Below are positions 7,738 to 17,019 of a stretch of DNA of 40,924 bases, one piece after another. Position numbers and translations under genes: made by a program. The notes under the pieces were generated by a model. It was given only the letters and a program-made list of their open reading frames with translations. It did not search any database and was not told the origin of the DNA. This DNA comes from an uncultured Ruminococcus sp. Lineage in GTDB: Bacteria; Bacillota; Clostridia; Oscillospirales; CAG-272. Numbering within the stretch: the first letter of the stretch is position 1; each line of letters begins with the position of its first letter. The DNA is taken from NCBI GenBank assembly GCA_964482885.1, contig CAYZZJ010000001.1, positions 1-40,924 on the forward strand. The letters run 5' to 3'.

Positions 7738-8907
7738 TCATTTCTGTATAGTGGCATCACGGGACACCGACAGCATGATTCCAACCTCGAAAAGCAGCAT
7801 TATAAGCGACGAGCCGCCATAGCTGAAGAAAGGCAGGGATATTCCCGTGTTTGGTATCGTATTAGTAACAACAGCAATGTTCAAAAGAGCTTGTATTGCA
7901 ATTTGAGTAGATATTCCAAGGCAGAGCATCTTTGAAAAAACGTCACTGCTATGTATAGCTATTTTGAAGCCGCGGTATATAAGCAGCGCAAAAAGCAGTA
8001 TGGTTGCAGCCGCTCCAATAAAGCCAAGCTCCTCGCAAAGAATAGCGAATATCATATCGTTGGCAGGCTCGGATACGTAACAGTATTTAAGCTCGCCCAT
8101 ACCAAGCCCCTTGCCGAAAATTCCCCCCGAGCCTATTGCCATAAGCCCCTGCAGGGTTTGCCACCCTCCCGTCAGCTTGTATTTTTCGGGGTCAAGCCAT
8201 ACCGTGAGCCTATCCTTCGTATAATCGGTAAAAAGTGCGATGCAGCTGACTCCTACAGCACCCGCTCCGATTACACCTACTATGTATTTCATATTAATTC
8301 CCGACAGCAGGGTAAGAACTATTCCGATGCAGCCAAGTATAATGATGCAGGAGAGGTGCCGCTGCAGCATTATAAGTATGATAGGTGCTATCAATATCAG
8401 CATAGGGAACAGCGTTCCGTGCAGAAATGCCGTTCTTCCGCTTTTTATCTCCGTTGCTCTTGCTCCGTTTTTATCGAAGTAGTAAGCAAGCATTATAACT
8501 ACTGCGAACTTGGCTATCTCGGAAGGCTGAAGGGTGAAGGGGCCTATGGATATCCAGCGCTGCGCGCCGTTTCCAACGAAGCCTATTACCAGGGTGAGCA
8601 GAAGCAGAAGTAACGATACGGCATAAATCGGAATTGCTGCAGCCTTATAGAAAGATATCTTTATTCTTGAGGCTAATATCATAGCGAGTAATCCGATTGT
8701 CAGCCATATTGCCTGCCTTGATATAAAATACCAGGGATCATTGTATTTTGCTTCGGCATAAGCGTATCCTGCCGAAAATATCATTATCGTGCCGAACGCC
8801 GCCAGAAACAGCGTAACTGCGGCAAGTATTCTGTCGGGACGCCCCGCTTTCTCTATAAAAACCTTTTCGGTTATGCCGAGCGCATCTTTTTTCTTGCGTT
8901 CTTTCAT
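7738..8907 (-). CDS. ftsW: SEDS-family peptidoglycan polymerase (FtsW/SpoVE/RodA family)
   Basis: Polytopic membrane protein with the C-terminal GISLPFFSYGGSS SEDS motif. The ATG at 8907 overlaps the mraY stop as ATGA. Confidence 0.85.
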   Translation of the reverse strand: MKERKKKDALGITEKVFIEKAGRPDRILAAVTLFLAAFGTIMIFSAGYAYAEAKYNDPWYFISRQAIWLTIGLLAMILASRIKISFYKAAAIPIYAVSLLLLLLTLVIGFVGNGAQRWISIGPFTLQPSEIAKFAVVIMLAYYFDKNGARATEIKSGRTAFLHGTLFPMLILIAPIILIMLQRHLSCIIILGCIGIVLTLLSGINMKYIVGVIGAGAVGVSCIALFTDYTKDRLTVWLDPEKYKLTGGWQTLQGLMAIGSGGIFGKGLGMGELKYCYVSEPANDMIFAILCEELGFIGAAATILLFALLIYRGFKIAIHSSDVFSKMLCLGISTQIAIQALLNIAVVTNTIPNTGISLPFFSYGGSSLIMLLFEVGIMLSVSRDATIQK

Positions 8908-9890
8908 ATAAGGTAAAGGGGAATGGTGATTGCCGACGCCACCAGCGTGATTATTATTGCTGCTACGCATATCTTATTTTCGCTCCAACCGCTTTTTTCC
9001 AAGTGATGATGCAGGGGTGCCATCTTGAAGACCCTCTTGTGCGTTAGCTTAAAGACAACAACTTGAATTATTACCGAAGCGCCCTCTATGACGTACACTA
9101 TGCCATAGAGCAGTATAAGCAGAGGGTTTCCGAGCGCAACCGTCGCAGATATAAGCAATGCACCGAGAAACAGCGAGCCGGTATCTCCCATGAAAATTTT
9201 TGCAGGGTGAAGGTTGAAAAGGAGAAAAGCTGCACCTGCTCCCATAACCGCGGCGCTTATAACCGTGACGTCGGGCAGAGAGGCGAAGGATACGAAGAAA
9301 ACGGCAGCCCCCGTACTAAAGGCGACAGATGATGCCAAGCCGTCTATTCCGTCGGTCAGATTAGCGCAGTTGGTCGCGCCTACGAGAGCGAGAAAAGCAA
9401 GAGGATAATACCAAAAGCCTATGTCTACGTCACCGAAAGAGAAGGAAAGTGTGCCGCCCTCGCCGAGCAAAACAAACCGCAGATATAAAAATAAAATTGC
9501 CGAGATGCTCTGCAGCACAAGCTTTTGCCAGGGGCGCAGCCCCTCGTTTTTTCCCCTGGACAGCTTCCTTGTATCATCAATTATTCCTATTACGGCGTTC
9601 ATTACCGCAAATACGGAACAGGTGATAAGAGATAACGAAAGCTTGACTTCGCCGATTGCCGCGAGATATACAATGGCGACAGCGAGTGATACTGTAACGG
9701 CAAGCAAGAATGCCAGCCCACCCATTGTCGGTGTTCCGCTTTTCGATATGTGCCAGCTGGGACCGCCCTCGTATATCGGCTGCTCGGCGTTATTCTTCAA
9801 ATAAGGTATGAGAATTCGCTCGGCGCAAACCGTCACGCCGAACGTTAGAATGAATACAAATACGTAAAGTAGCAGGGGTGTATCAGTCAT
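8904..9890 (-). CDS. mraY: Phospho-N-acetylmuramoyl-pentapeptide transferase
   Basis: Motifs PTMGG, IIDDTRK, NLTDGIDGLA, MGDTGSL and APLHHHLEKSGW. Start chosen at 9890 after the AGGAGGG RBS. Confidence 0.93.
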   Translation of the reverse strand: MTDTPLLLYVFVFILTFGVTVCAERILIPYLKNNAEQPIYEGGPSWHISKSGTPTMGGLAFLLAVTVSLAVAIVYLAAIGEVKLSLSLITCSVFAVMNAVIGIIDDTRKLSRGKNEGLRPWQKLVLQSISAILFLYLRFVLLGEGGTLSFSFGDVDIGFWYYPLAFLALVGATNCANLTDGIDGLASSVAFSTGAAVFFVSFASLPDVTVISAAVMGAGAAFLLFNLHPAKIFMGDTGSLFLGALLISATVALGNPLLILLYGIVYVIEGASVIIQVVVFKLTHKRVFKMAPLHHHLEKSGWSENKICVAAIIITLVASAITIPLYLI

Positions 9891-11235
9891 TTTTCCCTCC
9901 TTTGATGTAGTCAATAATTTTATGTATCCCCGTAGCGTGAGAGCCCTTTATCAGGAGCATCTCGCCCACTCTCGCGTCATTAATTATAAATTCTGCAATA
10001 TTCGATAAATTATCCGCGGGATCAAATATAAGTATATCCTCCTCCGGCATACCGCCCTGCATAGCACCGAGCTTGACGTCGTTTGCGTGCCTACCACAAA
10101 GGTATAAGCGCATAACTCCGCGCACAGCGGCGTACTCGCCTACAGATTTGTGGATATCTGTGGCATATTCTCCAAGCTCAAGCACGTCGCAAAGAAGCGC
10201 TGTCGGTCGTGGGTATCCGTAGGAAATCAATAAATCAATAGCCGCCCTCAGCGCCTCAAGCGAGGAGTTATAGCTGTCGTCGAGCAAAACGAGCCTATCC
10301 GTTTTGATAACCCGGTGTCTTAATACGCCACCGTCAAGCCGCGAGAGAGCTGTAACGATATCCTCATTAGATACACCTATGGTATGCGCGGCAGCCGCTG
10401 CGGCAATTATATCGGTAGCAAAAGGAATAAATACGGTGGGGATACGCATATCCACCTTGCCGCCGGGAGTATATAAAAGGTAATCGGATATTTTGCCTTT
10501 CCCATTTGGTAAAAGTGAGTAGTCTGCATAGCGGCTCTTGGTGGAGAAGGTTACTCTCATTTTTGCATCGCGGAGAAGTGGCTCCTCGGCATCGCATAAA
10601 AGGACACCACCCCTCATTCCGTCCAGCACCTCGAGCTTAGCATGCGCTATTGCCTCGCGTGAGCCGAGATTTCCAATATGCGAGGTTCCTATAGCCGTAA
10701 TCACGGATACGCTCGGCTTGGCGCAGCGCGACAGCGCTGATATTTCGCCCGTATGGTTCATTCCCGCCTCGAGTATCAAAACCTTGCAGTCTGCGGGCGC
10801 GCTGAGCAGGGTGAGTGGCAGACCTATATCGTTATTGAAGTTCCCGTCGTTTTTGTGTGTGACAAAGCACGCTGAAGTAATACGGTATAGGATTTCCTTA
10901 GTTGTAGTTTTGCCAACGCTGCCCGTTATCATTACGGTACCTTCAAGCTGCGGGAGCTTCGTTTTGTATAGCCCTGCGAGAGAAAGTAATGCGCGCCTCG
11001 GCGGAGCGTCAATATCGCCTCCCACTCCCAGAGTGACCGCGCCTCTGCCTTTCGCTTCCTTGATGTGAGTTGCGGATTTTGAGCCGTCCTCGGAGAGTGA
11101 TATGAAAAGATCTCCCTCTTCCGCTTCTCTTGAATCGGTGGCTATATGCGAAATTTCGTCAAATTGCAGGTTGCCTACGCCCAAAGCCGCCGATATTTCG
11201 ATAGCCGAAATTGGCACAGCGAGCTTAATCCTCAT
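9883..11235 (-). CDS. murF: UDP-N-acetylmuramoyl-tripeptide--D-alanyl-D-alanine ligase
   Basis: Mur ligase P-loop ITGSVGKTTTKE and DSYNSS motif. Start at 11235 follows a GGAGGA RBS and overlaps murE by 11 nt. Confidence 0.9.
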   Translation of the reverse strand: MRIKLAVPISAIEISAALGVGNLQFDEISHIATDSREAEEGDLFISLSEDGSKSATHIKEAKGRGAVTLGVGGDIDAPPRRALLSLAGLYKTKLPQLEGTVMITGSVGKTTTKEILYRITSACFVTHKNDGNFNNDIGLPLTLLSAPADCKVLILEAGMNHTGEISALSRCAKPSVSVITAIGTSHIGNLGSREAIAHAKLEVLDGMRGGVLLCDAEEPLLRDAKMRVTFSTKSRYADYSLLPNGKGKISDYLLYTPGGKVDMRIPTVFIPFATDIIAAAAAAHTIGVSNEDIVTALSRLDGGVLRHRVIKTDRLVLLDDSYNSSLEALRAAIDLLISYGYPRPTALLCDVLELGEYATDIHKSVGEYAAVRGVMRLYLCGRHANDVKLGAMQGGMPEEDILIFDPADNLSNIAEFIINDARVGEMLLIKGSHATGIHKIIDYIKGGKND

Positions 11236-12697
11236 TTGCAGTATCCTCCGCAGCCGAATAGTACTCTGCAACTATTCCTCTCTCATCAAAGTCACGGTAT
11301 CCCCCGTTATCTATGATATATTTCTCATGCCCCTTCCCGATTATAGCAACGGTATCGTGTGCGGTAGCATCACCCAGCGCGGCTATTATAGCGTCCTCTC
11401 TCTTCGGAATGACCTTAACAGCATCTCTGTCACTTATGCCCGACAGTATATCGGAAAAGATAAATGCAGGCTCCTCGCCTCGGCTGTTGTCCTCGGTTAT
11501 TACCGATACGTCGGAGTATTTTGCGACAATTCTTCCCATGAGCGGACGTTTTTCCTTATCTCTCTCTCCGCCACAGCCGAAAACGGTTATAAGCCGCCCC
11601 GTGCCTTTGTGGGCGCGAAGCGTTTTCATCGCGCTTTCCATGGCGTATGGGGTGTGAGCGTAGTCGATTATTACGGTAGGATTATCGTGGATTTTTTCCA
11701 TTCGTCCCTCAACTCCGCATAGCCCCGCAAGCGCATTTTTGGCATCTCTTGGCGAAACTCCTAAATTAACGGCACAGCATATAGCGAGCGCGGCATTATA
11801 CACGTTGAATGCTCCGGGCAGCTTCATTGATATTTGAGTTATTGCTCTTTTTCCATGGTATAGGAATTGGCTCCCATCAGCGCCCGAAAAAGTGATATCG
11901 GTACAGTAGTTGTCTGCACGGTTGATTATTCCTACCGTGACTGCCGAGCCTCCATAAGCCTCTGCGGCGCGCTCACCGTATTCGTCGTCAACGTTGAAAA
12001 TCCGCACCGTACACTGTGCAAACAGGCTGAGCTTCGTTTTATAGTATTCCTCTATATCAGTGTGAAAATCCATATGCTCGTGCGAAAGGTTGGTGAAAAC
12101 TCCGGAATAGAATGTAAGCGGCGCAACCTTGCCGAGAGCTATCGCGTGGCTCGACACCTCCATAACGGCGGCACGGCAACCGCCGCCCTCCATTTTACTG
12201 AGCGCGGAGTAGAGAAGTGACGGGTCGGGTGTTGTCATGGAGTAACCCGCCTCGGCGACGTTATCCCTGCCGATTTTTATTTTTCCAGTTCCTATGTAGC
12301 CGCATTTTATCCCCGAGCCGTTCAGTATTTCGTGAATTATGGTGGCGGTTGTGGTTTTTCCGTTTGTTCCCGTAACTGCTATCAGTCTCATCTTGGATTT
12401 ATTTATTCTATTATGCAGGTAATGCGCGTATGCGTATGCGCGCCTTACGTCCGCGATGCGTATAGCCGTTATTCCGCTAGGTACAGTATAGTCGTAATCG
12501 CATACCAACGCCTTAATATATTTTGGGATATCGGGAGATAGAGCGGTGTATTCGCCACCTACTCGTCTGTAAACGAAAAGCACCGAATTATCAACGCATT
12601 CCTTCGGCTTATCCGTCGGTATAAACTCTGCCTCGATATCCAAAGTCGGTATATCGGCATCGTATTTTATCTCGTTCAAAAAATCTTTAAGCTTCAT
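11225..12697 (-). CDS. murE: UDP-N-acetylmuramoyl-L-alanyl-D-glutamate--2,6-diaminopimelate (or L-lysine) ligase
   Basis: VTGTNGKTTT P-loop, EVSSHAL-like EVSSHAIALGK, and DYAHTP motif. Confidence 0.9.
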   Translation of the reverse strand: MKLKDFLNEIKYDADIPTLDIEAEFIPTDKPKECVDNSVLFVYRRVGGEYTALSPDIPKYIKALVCDYDYTVPSGITAIRIADVRRAYAYAHYLHNRINKSKMRLIAVTGTNGKTTTATIIHEILNGSGIKCGYIGTGKIKIGRDNVAEAGYSMTTPDPSLLYSALSKMEGGGCRAAVMEVSSHAIALGKVAPLTFYSGVFTNLSHEHMDFHTDIEEYYKTKLSLFAQCTVRIFNVDDEYGERAAEAYGGSAVTVGIINRADNYCTDITFSGADGSQFLYHGKRAITQISMKLPGAFNVYNAALAICCAVNLGVSPRDAKNALAGLCGVEGRMEKIHDNPTVIIDYAHTPYAMESAMKTLRAHKGTGRLITVFGCGGERDKEKRPLMGRIVAKYSDVSVITEDNSRGEEPAFIFSDILSGISDRDAVKVIPKREDAIIAALGDATAHDTVAIIGKGHEKYIIDNGGYRDFDERGIVAEYYSAAEDTANED

Positions 12698-12705
12698 AAA
12701 TCCCC

Positions 12706-14955
12706 CTAATCCTCGAAATCGGTGCGTAGCGCCCGTATTTCTATGACAGCTCCTATTTTTACGCGCGCACCCGGCGGCATGGATTGCTCAACAACGGTAA
12801 GCACGGCGCTGCTTGGGTCGTTAACGCCGCTTATTTTCAAATTCAGCCCCGCCTCGGCAGCCCTTCGATTAGCCGCGGCAAGGCTTAAGCCTGTCAGCGT
12901 GGGAACCTCGGTGACCGACGGACTTTTTTTCTCGGTATACAGGTATATAACGGAAACCTCGGTGGAAACGTCAACTCCCGCAGCGGGAATCTGAGAAAGA
13001 ACTACGTTTCCCTCACCTATAACCGTGTATTTTACACTACTGTCAGACAGCACCTTTTTAGCCGACTCGATATTCATACCGACGTAATTTCCGACTGTAT
13101 ACGTGCTATCCTCCCCCGTACGCTCGTATTCGAGGTATGGAAGAATTTTAGTTAAGAGGGCGGATACGTAAGGCGCGGCTACGGTCGAGCCGTATTTTAC
13201 CTGGCTTTGCGGTTCGTCGACAACTATAATTACCGCGATCCCTGATTCGTCAGAGGGGGCGAAGGCTACAGTAGAGCCTATTCTGAGATATGAGTTTCCA
13301 TTCTCATCAAGCACGTCGAATTTCTGAGACGTGCCCGTCTTGGCGGCAACGCCGTAGCCGCTGACGTATGCGTTTTTTGCGCCTCCGTTTCCGCTTACTC
13401 CCTCTTCAAGCACCGCGGCTATTTCCTTTGCAACCGAGTTCGATACAACCTGCCCCTTTATAACCGGCGTGTGCTGCGATAGTATATTCCCGCTTGGGTC
13501 GATAATCTTATCAACAACGTACGGCTCAACCAGATATCCGCCGTTTGCAACGGCGGCAATCGCCGTCAGCTGAGCTATAATACTAACCTTGAAGCGCTGA
13601 CCGAAGGAGGCGGTTGCAAGCTCGGTTGCGCCGATAGCACTCGGCGAGTGGAAGATAGTACCTGCCTCGCTCGGCAGATCTATACCCGTTTTCTCTAAAT
13701 ACCCGAATTTTTCGACGTAGGAATAAAAGGTTTCGGTTCCCGTTCTCTCTGCTATCGTCATCATAGTAGGGTTGCAGGACATCTGAAGGCCGTAAGCAAG
13801 AGAAAAGCCCGAGCCGTGCCCCGTGACCTTGTGGCACTTTATGCGCCAACCTCCGACCTCATGGTAACCGTGGCAGGAGAAGGTGTCGCTCATCTTTGCA
13901 GCTCCGCTGTCAAGCGCTGCGGCAACCGTAACTATCTTGAAGGTAGAGCCTGGCTCGTAGGTTTCGCTGACTGCTTTGTTCGACCACATAGTCTGCATAA
14001 GCTCGTTCTTGTAAGCGTTGTATTCCTCACTACCTACCGCAAAGCCCGATTCCGAAAGTCTTTTGGCTGACAGCTCGTCGAGTATAAACGGGGAGTTCGG
14101 GTTAAACGGAGATGATGTAGCCATTCCCAGTATAGCTCCGCTTTTTGTATCCATAACTATTCCGCATACGCGGTTGGTTACGTTATGATTTTTTACTATC
14201 GTTGAAAGCTGCGCCTCAAGCTCAGCCTGAATGTACGAATCTATTGTTGTTACTATGCTGTTGCCGTCCTCTGCTTCCTCTATATATTCATACCTTCCGG
14301 GCATTGGATTGCCGTTGGCGTCCTTTGCGTAAAGGTAATATCCGTCCCTGCCGGATAGGGTGGAGTTATATGAGTATTCAAGGCCGTACAGCCCCTGATT
14401 GTCGCTACCCGTAAAGCCGAGCACGTGCGCCGCCATGGTTCCCGCAGGATAACAGCGCGAGCTTTGTGCCTCGGCTGAAATAAAGCCTTCAAGCCCGTTA
14501 TCCTTGGCAAAGCTCAGAACCTTGGCGTATTCTTCTTCGGTTGCAGCCTTCTCAATCGTGAGGTCCAGTACCGTGGAGTTTGATACTTTTTTTAGAGTAT
14601 TCTCGTAATTCAATCCGAATATCTCCGATAGCCCTCTGGCTATTACTTCGGAGCAATCTTCGCCACCGTCACCCTTGTAGTTCGCTATTTCCTTAGGCGA
14701 TACGAAAATTCTCCAGGTGGTTTCTGTGGTGGCAAGCAGATTCATGCTTGCATCGTATATGTTACCACGCTCCGCCTTGAGCTTGGTAGTTGTGGTAATC
14801 TCCGAGTACGCCTTATCCCTGTATTCGCTGTAGGAAAACAGGTCGAGCCTCAGTATGTTAGCGGTAAGCAGGCATGCCGCAAGCAGGAATGCCACCAGAG
14901 CTACCTTTGCCCGCGCCTCGGTTCTTCTTTTAGTTGTACCCGTATTCTTTTCCAC
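12706..14955 (-). CDS. Class B penicillin-binding protein (FtsI/PBP2B/SpoVD family) with two C-terminal PASTA-like repeats
   Basis: N-terminal signal anchor. Transpeptidase triad STFK, SCN and KTGT. About 130 aa at the C-terminus form two PASTA-like repeats. GTG start at 14955. Confidence 0.9.
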   Translation of the reverse strand: MEKNTGTTKRRTEARAKVALVAFLLAACLLTANILRLDLFSYSEYRDKAYSEITTTTKLKAERGNIYDASMNLLATTETTWRIFVSPKEIANYKGDGGEDCSEVIARGLSEIFGLNYENTLKKVSNSTVLDLTIEKAATEEEYAKVLSFAKDNGLEGFISAEAQSSRCYPAGTMAAHVLGFTGSDNQGLYGLEYSYNSTLSGRDGYYLYAKDANGNPMPGRYEYIEEAEDGNSIVTTIDSYIQAELEAQLSTIVKNHNVTNRVCGIVMDTKSGAILGMATSSPFNPNSPFILDELSAKRLSESGFAVGSEEYNAYKNELMQTMWSNKAVSETYEPGSTFKIVTVAAALDSGAAKMSDTFSCHGYHEVGGWRIKCHKVTGHGSGFSLAYGLQMSCNPTMMTIAERTGTETFYSYVEKFGYLEKTGIDLPSEAGTIFHSPSAIGATELATASFGQRFKVSIIAQLTAIAAVANGGYLVEPYVVDKIIDPSGNILSQHTPVIKGQVVSNSVAKEIAAVLEEGVSGNGGAKNAYVSGYGVAAKTGTSQKFDVLDENGNSYLRIGSTVAFAPSDESGIAVIIVVDEPQSQVKYGSTVAAPYVSALLTKILPYLEYERTGEDSTYTVGNYVGMNIESAKKVLSDSSVKYTVIGEGNVVLSQIPAAGVDVSTEVSVIYLYTEKKSPSVTEVPTLTGLSLAAANRRAAEAGLNLKISGVNDPSSAVLTVVEQSMPPGARVKIGAVIEIRALRTDFED

Positions 14956-14961
14956 TTGTCC

Positions 14962-15009
14962 CCCAAAAACAAAAAAGTATAGCGACAGCTAATGCGGCTA
15001 TCGCTATAC
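14962..15009 (-). terminator. Intrinsic terminator or attenuator inside the dcw cluster, upstream of the PBP gene
   Basis: Minus strand: GTATAGCGA, 15-nt loop, TCGCTATAC, then TTTTTTGTTTTT. Plus-strand arms are at 14977-14985 and 15001-15009. Confidence 0.65.
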
Positions 15010-15049
15010 CTTATGATATAAAATTCTTTTTTAGAAGGAAGGTTGGTTA

Positions 15050-15484
15050 TTATTTGCTCTCTTCCCCTGTCTCCGCCTCTGTCACCGTAGCTGCTTCGCT
15101 CTCTGCGGAATCGGCAGTGTAGGGAGAGATTATTCCCGAGCCGGTGAGCGAGAATATACCGAGCGAAAATACGAGCGCGCACGCAGCGGCAGCGGTGAAT
15201 ATGGCAGACATAGACGAGCGAAGGGGGAATCTGCGGATGGTCTTTTCGCGCGCAGGCGCGTTCTTAACGGTAAAGTGCGCTGCAACGTAGTCTACGATGC
15301 TTGTAAGCGCGTGTGTCTTATCTGAGCTAACGGGTGCGGGAAGCTCCGACTCGGACATCTGTCTTTTGCCGGCTTTTATAAGCATATAGTCTCCGAGCGT
15401 GCAATCGCAGCCCTCGTATACAACGGTGAATCTATCTTTAAGGTTTTCATAAAGAGTATCGTAAGCATTCTTTACAGATGTCAT
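15050..15484 (-). CDS. 144-aa single-pass membrane protein of unknown function in the ftsL position
   Basis: Start at 15484 follows an AAGGAGA RBS; the track's longer ORF overlaps rsmH. About 95 aa are soluble, then one TM helix (SAIFTAAAACALVFSLGIFSL), then an acidic tail of about 25 aa. Confidence 0.6.
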   Translation of the reverse strand: MTSVKNAYDTLYENLKDRFTVVYEGCDCTLGDYMLIKAGKRQMSESELPAPVSSDKTHALTSIVDYVAAHFTVKNAPAREKTIRRFPLRSSMSAIFTAAAACALVFSLGIFSLTGSGIISPYTADSAESEAATVTEAETGEESK

Positions 15485-15500
15485 TGTAGTCGTTTCTCCT

Positions 15501-16445
15501 TTATATTTTTTCCGCGACTCTGAGCTTTGCGCTTCTTGCGCGCGGATTCGCTTCCAGCTCATCTGCCGAGGGCAGAATGGGCTTCTTTGTAATTTCCTTT
15601 AATTTAGGCTTGTTGCCGCAGATGCAGACAGGGAAGTCCTTCGGGCAGGTGCAGCCCCGGGTGAGATCGCGGTAGCCAAGCTTTACAAGCCTGTCCTCAA
15701 GCGAATGGAAGGATATAATTGCTATTCTCCCGCCCTCGCACATTCCGGAGGTTGCGGCATTTATGAGCGGCTTGATTGCATCAAGCTCTGCGTTCACCTC
15801 TATTCTGATTGCCTGGAAGGTACGCTTTGCGGGGTGAGGACCGTCGGCTCTCGCCGCCGCAGGAATTGCCGATTTGATTATATCTGATAGCTGATGCGTA
15901 GTTTCTATCGGGTGCTCCGCGCGCGCTTTTACTATTGCTGATGCAATTCTCGGTGCGAATCTTTCCTCGCCATAATCGAATATTATTCTTTTAAGCTCGG
16001 CTTCGGTGTATTCGTTCACCACGTTGTAGGCGGACAGGGGTGCATCGGTGTCCATACGCATATCAAGTGTGGCATCGTGCATATAGCTGAATCCGCGCTC
16101 GGGCGCGTCAAACTGATGTGAGCTGCAGCCGAGATCGGCAAGAACGCCGCCAAGGTTGTCAATCTCCAATCTGTCCAGCACCTCTCCGATAGAAGAGAAG
16201 TTATCGTTTATAAAGGTTACACGGTCAAGATAATCAGCAAGGCGTTCGGTTGCCGCCGCTATCGCATTCTTATCTCTGTCAAAGCATATAAGCCTCGAAT
16301 CCGGTCCCATTCGCTTTGCTATTTCAAGCGAATGCCCGCCACCGCCTGCGGTGCAGTCGACGTAGGTGTAACCGTTCCTTATATTAAGAGCGTCGATACA
16401 TTCGTACAGGAGAACGGAGGTATGCGAGAATTTTACATTTTCCAT
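15501..16445 (-). CDS. rsmH: 16S rRNA (cytosine1402-N4)-methyltransferase
   Basis: HTSVLL, DCTAGGGGHS and ISFHSLEDR motifs, located after mraZ. Confidence 0.95.
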   Translation of the reverse strand: MENVKFSHTSVLLYECIDALNIRNGYTYVDCTAGGGGHSLEIAKRMGPDSRLICFDRDKNAIAAATERLADYLDRVTFINDNFSSIGEVLDRLEIDNLGGVLADLGCSSHQFDAPERGFSYMHDATLDMRMDTDAPLSAYNVVNEYTEAELKRIIFDYGEERFAPRIASAIVKARAEHPIETTHQLSDIIKSAIPAAARADGPHPAKRTFQAIRIEVNAELDAIKPLINAATSGMCEGGRIAIISFHSLEDRLVKLGYRDLTRGCTCPKDFPVCICGNKPKLKEITKKPILPSADELEANPRARSAKLRVAEKI

Positions 16446-16467
16446 ATCCGTAATCCTTTCATCAATG

Positions 16468-16890
16468 TTATAGACCGTATTGCTTCATTATCTCGCGCAT
16501 CTTCGTGAAGTCGCGCGTTTCCTCACGCTCGCTCCAAACCTCCTCGGCCCAGATGCGTATCTGCTTTCCTACACCGACGAACACGACGTTCTTTTTGATG
16601 CCGGCGTGCGCCGCGAGCTTTTCATCGAGTATTATTCGTCCGCTTGCATCGGGGGTGCATTTCTGTGCCGCACCGAGTAAGAAGTCTTGTATTTCAACCG
16701 CCTCCGACTCGGGGAGCTTCTCAATCTTCTCGACGTAGAGCTGCCACTCGTCTGCGGTGTATATCGACAGGTAGGTGTCAAATTTCCTTGTGATGTAGAA
16801 CTCATCACCGAGGTCATCGCGGAACTTTGAGGGAATGAATATTCTGTTTTTAGCATCGAGCGAATGCTTGTACGATCCAACGAAAGACAT
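16468..16890 (-). CDS. mraZ: Transcriptional regulator MraZ
   Basis: MSFVGSYKHSLDAKNRIFIPSKFR and a second DASGRIILDEKL repeat. Start at 16890 follows a GGAGAGGAGGAG RBS. The N-terminal extension in the track is spurious. Confidence 0.93.
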   Translation of the reverse strand: MSFVGSYKHSLDAKNRIFIPSKFRDDLGDEFYITRKFDTYLSIYTADEWQLYVEKIEKLPESEAVEIQDFLLGAAQKCTPDASGRIILDEKLAAHAGIKKNVVFVGVGKQIRIWAEEVWSEREETRDFTKMREIMKQYGL

Positions 16891-16965
16891 TTGACTCCTC
16901 CTCTCTCCATCAACCCTATCAGAAGGGCGGTATATGGTGCTTTTGTGGGAAAATAGGGAATTTTG

Positions 16966-16985
16966 CTCCACTTCGCCCCACTTCG
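16966..16985 (-). promoter_or_regulatory. Tandem 10-bp direct repeats, candidate MraZ operator
   Basis: Minus strand reads CGAAGTGGGG CGAAGTGGAG, starting 6 nt downstream of the mraZ -10 hexamer. Confidence 0.5.
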
Positions 16986-16990
16986 TATAC

Positions 16991-17019
16991 ATTATAATAC
17001 ATACACGAGGGAAAATCAA
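16991..17019 (-). promoter_or_regulatory. Sigma-A-type promoter of the mraZ/dcw operon
   Basis: Minus strand: TTGATT (17014-17019), 17-nt spacer, TATAAT (16991-16996). Confidence 0.6.

Noticed and set aside
16891-17019. N-terminal extensions offered by the ORF track (mraZ to 17019, DUF951 to 21519, the 4-TM protein to 21976, ftsW to 8970, murG to 7784, murF to 11271, mraY to 9914, tlyA from 24879, nusB from 22072, the ftsL-slot ORF to 15562)
   Set aside because: In each case an internal ATG with a proper SD matches the conserved family N-terminus. It also removes an implausible overlap with the upstream gene or promoter.
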